Assembly: GCA_003344405.1 (NCBI GenBank)
Contig: NOWV01000211.1
Span: 1-64,000, forward strand
Direction: 5' to 3'
DNA length: 64,000 nucleotides
DNA from: Trichoplax sp. H2
Lineage: Eukaryota
Both the position numbers and the translations under genes were made by a program. This document shows positions 40,149-53,400 of the stretch, in pieces; position 1 is the first letter of the stretch, and every line of letters starts with the position of its first letter. The notes beneath the pieces were generated by a model, which was given only the letters and a program-made list of their open reading frames with translations, did no database searches and was not told the DNA's origin.

Positions 40149-43100
40149 TTAAACATTAATAGCATGAGAATGTCGGCTCACGGCTTGGTTTAATTCATTC
40201 AGCCACTGTTTCTTGTCGTGTTCGTCATTGACTTGAAGTAGATACTGCAACCTCTTAGAACTTGTATTGCTAACACGAATAAAATTCTTGCCTATCAATA
40301 GGCGTAAGATAAATTAATATTTTAATACTATACTACTATATAAATAATTATGCATTTCTAAAAATTAAATTTAGCATCAACGCACTAAACAATACCTGCT
40401 CTTCCACCGGAAAGAGCATCCTTAAACGATCCCCTCAAGGAATTGGTTCGAATATTTTCGTCAGGTACATCTTCTACTGCCAGAGAAGCGACTGGTATTG
40501 GCTGAAGATATCATTAACGTAGCAAATTTGATAAGCATTTGCATTAACAAGATTATGAAAGTACAGTAAGATGATAAAATATCCAGCATAGTAAACAAAA
40601 TTCATAAAACAGTCAGCATTACATGTCGGTGAACTTGATACATAAAAACTTCATTTCTTGTAGCTTGTCGACAGAGTACCAGCACTTTTTCAAATAGAAA
40701 TATATGTAGTTTCTGTGATATAGAGTAAGCAAGCCTAGTCAGATCTCAAATTTACTTATAATTTCTAAGCAAAAAGAGCCAAAATTAAACTATAGAAATA
40801 AGGCAGGAAAATTTAAATAAACTGCGAATGTATTACCGTTCCTGCTTTATTTTTAACAATGCCACTGCATAGCAACAACCGTGATTCATCAATTAGTGGG
40901 ATATGCTATTTCAGGCACAGCAAACAAGCAACGTTACTCAACTGCAAGAAATAGCCAGTAAACGCCTACACATCGATTACGTAATAATCTTTAACTAGTA
41001 TATACAACTATTGCAGATTAACATACCTGATCATCAGTCACATAGAAGAGTTTACTCTGGATAAAGGAACACTATACCGAATGAATATTACACATATTAC
41101 AAAAGTTCAAAGCAAGGCAGCATCGTCGAATTAGACCTGTGGCAATTACCTTAGCCATTCCAGCTTTAATATCGACTTTCGACACGAAATTTTCAATAGA
41201 GGAAGTCTGAAAGTCCAAATGAGTTATTTAGTAATTTTATAACTCAGTGACGTATAGCAGGAACGTATTAAATATTACCGCATTTAGAAGGTAACTATAG
41301 TCAGGATGCTCAGTTGATGTCTATTCGAATGATGAAAGAGTCACGATTATTTTCTTAATAGGCGATACATATTATTTACCATTAAAAGCCAACTTTCGCA
41401 TTAAAATAGTTTACTAAATATGCCTATGATTCTGATCATATTCCTTTAGCAAGATAAAAATTTACCAATTTTGTAATATTCTTAAGCAGAAGGGAGTATT
41501 TCATCAATCTGCTGCGAGGTTTATCTAAGAATGCACAGTTTTAATAACGTGTAATTAAGTTAACAAGTACAAGAGTGGACTACAACAATATTGTCCTGAA
41601 CCTAAAAAGTCCCAAACGTCTAACTTGCGGCTAAATGGAGATTGTTTACACCTCTGGATAAATTTAAAGAAACAAAAGTTCAAGTAATTTTGAAAACAAA
41701 GCAATTGAGACAGTAGAGGATATCTCCTGTACCTCTAGAAAATCAGCAACTTGTTTGTCGCGCCTTTTTTCTTCTAAGGCTAACTTGGCCGTAAACAGAT
41801 TGGCACAGTAATCAAGATATGGAAGCAGCTTAGGAAACTAAAAATATATAGTACAATTATGACAACATTCTTACATCATGATGAATCTAGAAATATTTAT
41901 TTACAAGTTAATTTTGACATACAGTAAATCGATAGTCATTGGTTAACATACCCAAACAATTAATGTCGTCCCTATAGAATTTACAGAGCCGTTAGCTTGC
42001 TGTAGTTCCATAATCTTCTGAACTAGATCTTTGTATAACATGTTAACAATTTAATTGGACATTATATCATGAATATAGTAGCGCAACAGTGAATTAATAC
42101 AAAGTAGAAAAGTAGAAATTACCTTCATGTAATGGAGTAATCTCATGAATGTTACCAAATATTTCTTGCAATTCATTAGGTTTCAGGATTTTGAGCGTAT
42201 GCATTGGATTATAATATACCTATGCAAGCAATAAAGTAACATTGAGAGCAATTATTGAGTTAGATTTGCGATTCAAATAATGAAAACAAAATGGTATTGT
42301 ATTTTCATTTTTCCGTAAACTAGTAACCATACTGCTACATGCCTCTTTTAAAGTTTTGAGATCCTGCACAAGTTCAACTTCACCGCTATACAATTCGTAA
42401 ATTGCTTCCTGACGCATGATCTGAATCTTGCTCATTTGGTTTGATAAATTACTCTCAGCAAAGTCGAGCCACCTCTAATTTATATTGAAGAATATTATCA
42501 GTTTTAGATTGAGTACAAAAAAGCAGTACATTAACGATCATACTTCAGCGAGAACAAATCTACAGTATGCTAATTATGCTATTATGAATGCTACTTATAT
42601 CATGCTTAAACAGAACCTACTTTGCTAGCTTTAGGTTTTGTTGGCGTAGGTAAAGGAGATGGCCCTTGATACTTCCAAGTAGTAGAAAATCGGCGCTGCA
42701 TGGTTTTTGGCCTAGACGGTTTTGGTGTTACTGATCTCTAAATAAGTAAATATATGCAGATACTATATATCCGTACTATAAAGCGTATACTTATAATTTA
42801 CGTTAATTATAACAGTGTTTTTAACACATTTAATGACACAAAAATGGGTAGTGAATGAAAGGATGTTTGAGAAAATATGACTTAATAACGTGTGAGTGCA
42901 TATCAGTAGCAAGAAAAATACTCACATGTAATGCTTGACTAACTCGTCTTACAGGTTTTGCAGGAGACAACATACTGCTTATACGAGACAGAGGACGATG
43001 CCGTTTGCAGCTAGAAAAAGTATCCTAAATATCGGTTAAAAATATGTAATATCGATAATGAATAACGCTTTAATTGTGTTAATTTGTGTTATAAATCTAA

Positions 43101-46100
43101 ATTTGTAACGTGAAAAAGCAAATATGTCATAGAAACTACATATTCTGAGTCTAGTGTCAGGTTTTTTTCTGACATCTACCTACAGTACGATTCTAAATAC
43201 TGACGATCTCCTATCGTCAGGAGAAACAGTAACACTACTAGTCTCTTTTAGACAAACTGAACCTAAACTTTATTGAGAAATCAGCCATTTAAAGTAAAGA
43301 AAATTTATATAAACATCAATTATCAGTTTATAGATAATGTTATACAACAATGCAGTTATCTGTTAAAAATAATATAATTTTTAATATAAACGCATTCCTA
43401 GATAACTTATCTTATGGAAACTATGTTACGACAGCTATACAAAAGCTACTCCGTAACAATGTTATATCACTATAATAACTTATACGTATAGTGTAACCAT
43501 GCTACAACATAGTATACATATATTCAAGTAGGCAAAAGCATACACAAGCGCTAGTATTTTTATCTAAAAATGAGAATTCAAGAATTACTATACCGTAGGC
43601 GGTGATAAATCTTGAGCAGATAATTTTCGCTTTAATCCATATTTCTAAAGAGTGATTATTTGTTAAACAACCAGATTAATAATTTGTAAGCAGTAGATAA
43701 TTAATTGCAAGAAATGATACAGTCCAGTGATCATTAATGATGATCATAGGACTGTAGCTTTGAGAAAAATGATTGAGCTAGTGTATTCTTATCTCTCAAA
43801 CTACGCTGTAAAATATAATGTCGATTACTACTGATTATATTGTAATTATATATCACCTGCCGACGTTTTGAATACTTAACTATTACAAACGTAGCGTGCA
43901 AAATATATTTTACCGTAGTTCACACTTTGAGTTTATTTTAGATGCGATAATAGTGGTTGAAGATCATAAAAATCTATCAATTTCCGAGAGAATAAGCAGT
44001 AGCTTACAACGGTACTTCTCTTATTACAACTTTGAATCTCTGTCACGAAAGGTTGTAGTAATTTAATTTATAGAGTACAGTAGGTTAACTATGTTGTGTT
44101 GTCCTACTTGCGCTCATGCAATATTTTAATTAATTAATGATATACTTATTATTAGTCTTAAAGTATAAACGCAACGGCAATTACTGGATACAAGTGCAAC
44201 TAGTTGCAGCCATATACTTGTATGTTGTACAGGTTCAATTGCAAAGTCTGTAACTGTAAACAAAATGCGCATACAACAATATTTAGCAATGGACAATCAT
44301 AAGCGTCACATTACAATTTGACGGATTCTCTCAAAAGAATGCTCGAGAAGGAATACAGATTTATATCTAGAGAGATAGTAAAAATACTCTATTAAACCGA
44401 ACTTAGCATATAGCTCTGAGTGCAAGCTTCTTTGATGTACTATCAATCTACAATAGGATAATTTCTTATTGTGCGTTTGACCTAGAATTATCGTGAACAC
44501 ATTGAAAATCTATCGAAGTATATTGTAAATATACTACAGCAACAAAGTTGACTCTTGCTTTAGGCGAACAAAACTGCAGTGTACAAACCGTTTGGTTATC
44601 TACCAGAATCAAACTAGTCAGCGCAGAAACCCTTGACGAGTAGTTTGTATTCAAGGATTCTATAAACTAAGCATTTTTCCGAGTAGCAAAAAAGTACATT
44701 GATGCTAACCAGAATCATGACATCGTCTTCTTATTATCTAGTTCTATTGTAATTTAACTGAGTATCTTTTAAAATTAAAGGCTACTATGCTTTATGCAAT
44801 GGTACTTAAATTGGCAGTAATATAAAGTGCTGACGACATAAATTATCCATCTATCGATAGCTTTATAGATTCCATCTACAAATTATAAAACATGGGTATT
44901 CATTCTCACCGGTATTGTCGTTTGCGCTGACTTATCAGGGGTTTTGGCAGTAAAGCTACAAAAATGCAATTCAAAAGTAGAAATTTAGTAATATGCCTGA
45001 TTTAAGTATTGTCTATTGAAGTATAATCGAGTTAATATCTTAACACCAATTTATAATGCGCTCCATTACGTTATCATTGAATCTACAGTGGCATCATGAT
45101 GACAATATTTAGTGTACGTAGATCCAAAAATTCAATTTGCTAGATGTGTTATACCATAGCATCGTTTTATCGTTATAACAGTAAGTGCTATAAATTATCT
45201 TATTTTATTACTGATAGGCGATCATGGTTAACGCTATGTAACATCATATTAAGAGTTACTTGTCCCTGTTAATAATACAAATTCAGTCTGTACCGCTCTG
45301 TGCCAAGATAACTATCAGCATAATTACCCTGCTAATAAAGCTCTTTCCTTCATCCTCAATCTATTTCTACAATCTTTGTGAGTCACGATATAGTATTACA
45401 GTCATTATCATTTGATTTTTAAAATACAGTAGCGCCATTATAGTCGTATCCTTTTTTTTCATATTGATTACAAAAATTGAATGTGGTTGATATTTTAAGT
45501 CCTGTTTTGTAACGTATACTATCTAGCATCCAGTAAGCGTGATGAGGGAGCATCTTCCTTTAGGTAATTAAAATTAATTCAATACGATCTGATGATGATC
45601 TCAAAAGGAGTTTTGGATTGTGTTACCATATGCTGCCATTTCATACAGTAGCATGGTTATGGATGATCGAGACACACGTAATGTTGGTAAAGAATCCTAG
45701 TCCATGTTAGGTCAATACCATAATGGGGAATACTGACTATGCGTCGACTTAAAATGGAATGTAAATGATGTTGAAACATCGTTAAAACACTATGTTACCA
45801 TCCCTTTTCATAGAAACAAGCAATAAAGTAGCAATACTTGGGAATATCCTATCCTACTTGGCGACGATTACGAGTACTGTAGAATCTTTTTACTTAATTA
45901 ACTGCCACATTGTATCCTTGAAAATTGTCCAAAATAAGAAACCAATTTACTGACCAACGACCGTTCCCTACTGTATCATCTACATGTATAGAAGGAAATC
46001 CAGTACTATACTTGCACTGTATGTAATCTTTGTAACTGTTACTGTATTCCAAACTAATAGAAGCGTTGACATTAAGCTTGAGTCATGTTTTCACAATATT

Positions 46101-46610
46101 TTACTCGATGCCAGGTGAAAACGGCGGTGGTCTTAACTGGATTAATTTAAAATTAATTAATTCATGATCATTACTCGATCATGGTCTAATGGCAGTATCC
46201 AATTTTGATCGTACTATAGTGTGTGCATGTCTCTTCGTTCTATTACATCAAGTTCGAATTTGATTTCATGCACCAATGTCTCTTCATTCTACTGTATCAA
46301 AGTCTAGTTGTATCTCAGGTAGTTAACTTAATGACATCAAGTATTTCTAATTGTTGATAGATTTAATTCATGTACTGTCAAGAAAAATAGCAAGATATCG
46401 AGGCCAATTTTGCAAGCAAGAATCATCTTCCTCCAACTCCTGAAGACAGTCCATGCAATCATCTACAAGTACAAGTAAGAAGGTTTACCTGAAATTAAAA
46501 TTTTCCTTCATGGCAGTCTTTGCTACCATTGGCGATTGAAGTAACTTGGATCTTGTGCGAGTCATTGGGATGTTGAAGGTATTGGATAAATTATTCTGAT
46601 TGAGAGACAT
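40149..46610 (-). CDS. NET1: NET1/ARHGEF3-like DH-PH RhoA GEF, ~502 aa, 18 exons
   Basis: Exons (minus): 46610-46489, 44955-44910, 43644-43594, 43024-42926, 42737-42621, 42474-42343, 42219-42123, 42028-41952, 41837-41733, 41653-41602, 41524-41466, 41320-41279, 41206-41150, 41071-41027, 40905-40837, 40712-40623, 40501-40396, 40291-40149. Motifs KRHRPLSRISS, RQEAIYELYSGEVELVQDL, FLERCKQSPFSRKLDVWDFLDKPRSRLMKYSLLL, KLHIFLFEKVLVL and QVNDEHDKKQWL are characteristic of NET1/ARHGEF3. Likely co-orthologous to both. The first three exons rest on phase consistency only. Confidence 0.9.
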
Positions 46611-47049
46611 GTTGAATGCAACTGGATGACTTTTCAAGCGCACTACTACTGCATTCACCGTGGATTGAGTAAGATTGACTTTTAAAAGAACCACCGCACA
46701 AGCTGTCTAATCTACTTGCTTTGGCTTGGTATTTTCTTACTTTATTTTTTAGGGGAAGAAAGTTGGAAAAGGGATCCCATCGACGAGTGGAAATGCCAGT
46801 TAAAGCAGCAATCGAGAAAGGAGGAGTGACCGCAAAACTACCAAGCGATCATAATACAATTCATTAATTTAAAATCTTGGATGATATTATTGCTGTTATT
46901 ACTATTAAGATTATTTTGAATTTGATCGGTTTCAGGCAGCAGCCAATAGAAAGAGCCCGTTGCCATGGGGTATTGAGCCTGCGTGATGACATTTACCGTT
47001 TCAGTCCAGGTCCGTAGCATGACCTGTATCAAGGCTGAGGGTGAAGAAA

Positions 47050-47950
47050 CGGACCGTACTGGACCGTAGGTGGTCTAGTTGCTTTTCATTCGTACTGGAC
47101 TATACTGGACTGTAGGTGGTCTAGTGCCTTTAAATCAACGGTCATGCTTGGACAGGTGTACTGTACTAGCGTGGTGTAGAGGGACGGACTGCCATCACGG
47201 ATGGACAACTACTATAGTAGTACGCGAGGATGGCTAGACTATGATTAGAAGAAGACCTTTGTCATGGAAAAAGGACAACTTTACGTAGCAGAATCGGTGC
47301 AGTGTACAGTTGTATCAGAAAATTTCTGCATAGTACAGTCGAGTACAGTACTGCTGTAGGCCAGTACGAGTGCAAATTGTGTAGAAGAATCGATCTAGAC
47401 CATACAGTAGAGTAAAGTTATTTTTTCTTAACACGATGATTTACACAGAGTAGGCTGCGCTAAGCTAGCTAGACCTGAGATCGGTTCCATACCGTTATGA
47501 TCGATATCACTGCTAACGTACAGTACAGTACACCTGTACTGTACGAGTGAAGCCTTTAATGAGAGAATGCCAAAGCTACAGTACTGTACATACAACTTGT
47601 ACTGTAAATTCATCGGTGACAAACATTACAGTACTGTACAGTACAGTACAGTACTGTTCTTTCTACAGTACACTGTACTGTAGGGTATATACTGTAGAGG
47701 ACGAGCCGCACTGCAATGGACTACTGTACTGTACTGTACAGTGTACAGTCTAAACGTGTACGTCTGTAAAGAAAAATTGTAGCAGTTGGGACTAGTCCGG
47801 ACCAGCAGAGAAGGCCGTACGCTACCACAACGGTGTCATGGTCAACAGACTCCAAGTGGTCTGGTACTGTAAAGGCTCACTGCTTGTAGTGTACTGACTG
47901 TAAAAAGAAAGCCATTTCGTCTTTTCCAGTACTCTACAGTCTCTACTGTT
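47050..47950. repeat. CAGTA/TACTG-rich low-complexity cluster upstream of the NET1-like start
   Basis: Dense TACAGTACAGTAC/TACTGTACTGTAC runs, densest at 47515-47750, plus a ~50-bp duplication around 47050-47125. Confidence 0.85.
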
Positions 47951-48833
47951 AACCTTCAGCACTAGAAGAGAGCGACGGACGGTGGACGCTTGACTGGTAG
48001 TCTTTCAGTACTGGAAAATGACCAACAAACATGGTCGGCCTCCCCTGATTTGGAGCAAAACATTCGCTTGCTTCCTATCCTTGAATATTGAAGTAGAAGT
48101 AACAAATTGGCATGGAATAGAGTGTAGTTTTCATTCATTGAATAGATAGCTAGAATACTGTTGGATCGCATCGATAGCATTGGATAATACAGTATTAGCT
48201 TAATGTCCTGTTGTTTCGCCGACAGAGATACTTTCATGCAATCATTCATTCAATCACCGTTATCAATAACACGGACTACTGGATGGGCCCAAAAAGGGAG
48301 ATGAAAGTACATTCAAAAGTCCGTGCAGTAGTAATAAGCAAATAAGAAGACGATGGAGAGTTCTGCTAAAAATAAATAGGAGCTAGCTTGTCAACGTATT
48401 ATTTTCTTAAAAAGGAACTACAGTACTGCCGAATGATGCACATTAGAGACCTTCGATGATGTGTCAATTCTGATTATTCTTGCATTCTACAGTATTCTAA
48501 ATCAAGACTTGATGAGAAATTTCCGATCATAGCATCGGATTAAATTAAGCGTTTTAAATTAATGGACTGTATATGTCTGAATGTTAATTATAAATTCTAT
48601 GCTTAGTTAATTTCTGAAAGGTTATCCCATTTCACAAACCTTTCGTTGCTACTGTACGGTAGAACTCTCTGGAAATGAAAGCACCAGTGTGCCTTCTTGC
48701 CGCTTTGCCTTTTTGATACTTGTACTGTAACATAGCAGTAGCTTGAATTACCAAAACTGTCTAAAACATACTGTACATACTGTACAGTTATTCCTGTGGT
48801 GTTATACAGGATGCATGGCTAGATGGGAAAATC

Positions 48834-48859
48834 ACGGTGGCTCACAAGTGAGCCACCGT
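48834..48859. other. Perfect 12-bp GC-rich inverted repeat
   Basis: ACGGTGGCTCAC-AA-GTGAGCCACCGT. Confidence 0.95.
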
Positions 48860-50416
48860 AGAAAATAATAGCTTGAAAATATCGATATTGGCTAACGCTT
48901 CTAGATTAGATGGTGTACTGTATTTCCATGAAATTATAACCACTTTAGCACACTAGCTAACATGACTGATCGTTGACACTAATGATATAGAATGATGAAT
49001 CATGACGGTGCATGTTGCTGTATTGAATACGTTACGTTATGTCTACGTGCTACTGTCAGTGAAATCAATTGGTCTGCTTTCTAGGGAACTTATATATTAA
49101 GTGCTATGGTGACTTTTATTTCTACATCTCTAACATGAGGAGCACTGATTGATAAGAACTGCTATAAAAGTGGTGCTCAAGCGGTAAAGCATAGCGGGGT
49201 GAATGGAAATACTGGGCATCACAATCGACTGGTAGACGAGCAATGGTCCATTAGTCCTATTAATAATCTTGGCCATTCCGCTATTTTGTCAAAGCATGTA
49301 AACCACAGTTCAGTGATTCAGAGAGCCATGCTGCAGTCTACAGCAGAATAAGCTTATATAAATCATTTTTTATAACTATTCTATCAGTACTTTACTAACA
49401 ATGACTGCAGTATTATAATTATTGGTCAGGACGATATTGCAATCAACTGCACTAATTTGGCTAAAGCTACAGTTTATGTTCAAGATCACTGCGGTAATAA
49501 CAGTAAGTTAACTCCAATCTTATCATAAATCAAAAGCCAACTATTAATACCGGTATCAACATTTTTATTCAATTGATAGCAAGTATTATTCTTATGAAAA
49601 TCGAGCAATAAAACTTGGTAGTATTTTATATTTTAAAACAGATAAACATAACAGTAATTGTTGATATACTGTGTATAATTACATTAAACTGTCAGTATAA
49701 TAAAGAAATTTGACTTGTATTGAGATCACAATATGGTACATAAACTAATCGAACCTAATACGGCGCAAAATAAAATCCTACATTCTTCGTTTAAAAGGCG
49801 TTCGAATGGCAGTTGTTTGACTGCAACGACTTATCTTTTGACAATTACGATCTTTAAGATTTTCATAAATCCTTAATTTAGCACGATCAGGGTAAAACTG
49901 TATTATCATAAGAACTTGATCAATGGTGGTACGAACTACAATACAGGTTATAATTTCCTAGGTCTGTACAAATATATACCCTAATTACAAATAACAAAGC
50001 CAATAGAATTGGAGTAAACTTATTTCTGCTAACCTAAATATAGTGGAAATCAACGTAGTCAATGCAAGTAAATTGTCCAAGAAATTTTTAAATGATATCG
50101 GCGTATACAGCCTCAAGATGATAACTAATTGATTGATCCGAAAATTGATATCAATTTCTCTAATCCCGTATTACTGCGTCATCCGTACGAAAGATAGCCT
50201 GAGTTTACTGACATTACCAATAGTCTGCAAGCCTCGACAGTTCTATAGCGTTGTATAAATCGTGACGGCTATCATAATCTGATTTAAGATTGGTTATCCG
50301 GATATGTTGTACATGCACTCACTAGTACAGTACACGATATAAACATACACATATACACATTCACTTCACATTTGCAAACATGGCGTAACAGTGGAAGAAC
50401 GTCATGTCATGCAAAA

Positions 50417-53400
50417 CTAAGACAGATAGATATCTTCATTAAATTGCTGATGTGGACTTTGATCATCATCCATAGACGTCAAGCTACTCCTACGGCTACT
50501 ACCAGCTATACTAACGCTAACTGAAGTTATAATAGGATCATCACCAACGTCCATTAGTTCATCCCTAGTTGAAGCTGTAGTTGATGAGAAAGCTTGCGAA
50601 GTGTGCGTAGTGGGCTGCATTATTTCCGGCAAAATACCAGTACTTAATATGGACTGTACAGATGCGCTACTGGTAATATTTTCAGTTGTTGTATCCGACG
50701 TTAAAGGAGTGGTTGGAATTCCATGTGCTCTTGCATGCATTTCCAATTCCTAACATACATCATGCCATAAAAACGTTCATAAATTATAGTTGATCGATAA
50801 ACAATAGGCTAAGAATTGAAAAAATTCACCTGTATCCTTAATAATAATCTCTTATTTGTAGCTTCTAATTGATGCTGTTTTTCTTCTAGTTGCCGTAATC
50901 TAACAATTTCCCTTTGAAGCTTTTTAACGTAATCCACAGTCGCCTTGAGAATAATTCCTTTATTTGTTTTCATGTCCCTACAGAAAGTATTTAAATAAGT
51001 GATTGTTGACATATCATTAGCTGAATGATGCATATCCCTTCTGTTGTGTAGTCCAGGTTATAAAGAATTGGATTCTTACGCGTCCTGCTTCGGAAGTAGA
51101 GCACCTAACTCTTTTATTCGATCATTTATATTAAATCTTCTCCTTCTTTCAACTGTGTCCACATAAAATGCAATATCAGGGTTAACAATGAGTTGGCAAA
51201 ATATCGCATTCATTAATTACCAGAATTCTATGTTGTAGTTTATATAAGAACTTATGTCTTACAACTTACTTAGGTTGTGGTTGTCTTTCTTTTGTCTATC
51301 TTTCAAAACTTTCTCAATAAAGTTCGATGCAACTGTATTTAGAGCATCATGAGAAAGATTAATAATCAAAGTACATTTTTCACGATCAATGCAGCAGCGA
51401 TTTAAGAATGTCACAAAATTTAGAGAGATAAAGAGATCAAAGGGCGCTACCCAAGAAATATTATCCAAGAGTAGAAGTAATCAAAGGACACTCTCACCTT
51501 CAGGTTCTTGCTTTACATGTACATCAGGTGGACAGGAGTAGGACACATTTTGTGTTAGCTTTGCATTTTAAAGTAAAACGACGCATATTAGGCCTACTAT
51601 CCAATACTAATAGAAAAGAGGTCTGTTGACATTTTCATTAATTAAAAATAAAACATTTTTTACCGAAGGGGCATTAACGTTGTCAAATGAGCCATCAAAG
51701 AAGTTGCATGATTCCTGTAACTGTACAGATTATGCCAAATAAATTGTTATCCACAATCAATATATATTAGAGAGCTTAACAAACAAACAACTGGAGAACT
51801 TACTGTCGCAGATAACGGAACAGATGGTGAATTTATACTAGATTCCAAGCTATCCATTGTATTAATACAGTATAACAAAACAGAAAAGACTTTCTTTAAG
51901 ATAAAGTATGTCAACTTGACATGGAAATAGATATTCGCATTAGTAGGTATACCCGATAAATATGCACACAAAATTTACCTGATCAGGTCTTCTAAAGCCA
52001 TGTCGTCTACCTATTATGATCAAAAATACCCAGTTCAGAATTTACAAAATCTAACTAGATATTTGTGAATTTTTTTTAAATCTTGGTTTTACAAGCAATT
52101 ACTTAACAAATTGGTTTGAGTACTTCTAGAGAACAAATTTACTACAGAGTCAATAAAATCTGATACTAATAGATACGATTGATAAATAAAGCAAAATGAC
52201 TATGCAGTAAGTTGTGATTGTAATCAACGTTTGCATACCTCTTGATCAACATTTAATTTTGATCCATCGGAAAAGCACGAAGACATATCGGCATCTTTAT
52301 CCTCCGGAATATCGCCTATAATTCTATTACCGGTAGATCCGGCATAAGTCGATGATAAACCCAAATTAGCTGGCTGATGTTGTGTCTTGTTGAGCTTGCC
52401 CACATGAAAGTCTATAGGCTTATCCAGCTTCGATTTCATCTACAAATTTACAAATTTTTTTCAACTCTTCATGACAACGAATCACGGATTACAATAGAAG
52501 GTTTATACACATATCAAACAATAAGAAGCTACTCTATTTATGTAGGTACAACTGTTGATATCACTATTATACGTTTTGCATGTCTTTTTACCGTATATAA
52601 TTCGCTAGGTAAAGACGACGATGTCATCAAACTGGCATTCACTACACCGTCTTCCTGCCCCATTGCTTTCCTATGGCTGCCACTGGCGTAGCGTTGGAGC
52701 TGTCTAACATCTAATGAACCTTTCTGAAGTCGTTGGAGTTCTTTCGTTTGCTGTTGTCGGGCATGCTCGCGTTGAAGTTCTTGTTTTAATGCGATACGTC
52801 CTGTCGTGGGCGATTTACCAAATCCGCCAGATCGAAAGCTATAAAAATACGGAATGTTAAATCGAATTCCATTAGCTGCTAGCTTTATCTCTACAGCTAT
52901 GTTTACATTATGTAGCAATCACCAATGCAAATAGACGACATAAGAAAATAAATGGGCAGTTTGTGTAAGTCTTACACAGGGTGAAGTAATCCCTTACTAT
53001 CGTGTAAGACTTTTAAGCCACTGTTTATGCACCATTTACACTACAAGCCTGAATATACTCTCTCCACTGATTACAGGGATGAGCATAACATGGCTTTCAA
53101 GCAATATTGTAACCTATTGAAGTACATATGAGGAAGTAAGAGCGATTGTCAACATTTTAATTGGCATTCTTTAGAACCATGAGCAGATAACACAAGTAGC
53201 ATAGTGCAGTATGAATGGATTCAAATCCGAGGGCTACTGAATTTCTATAATAGAGTCTAACGGTTAATAAAGTCTACGAATAGGTTCCAATAGGAAGTGC
53301 CACGAAATCAGATTACATAGTGACACATTTAAAGCGGATGATTTTAATGGTTTAAAGAAGGCTTGGTATTGATTGATGCGTCAAAGTAGACTATAACCCT

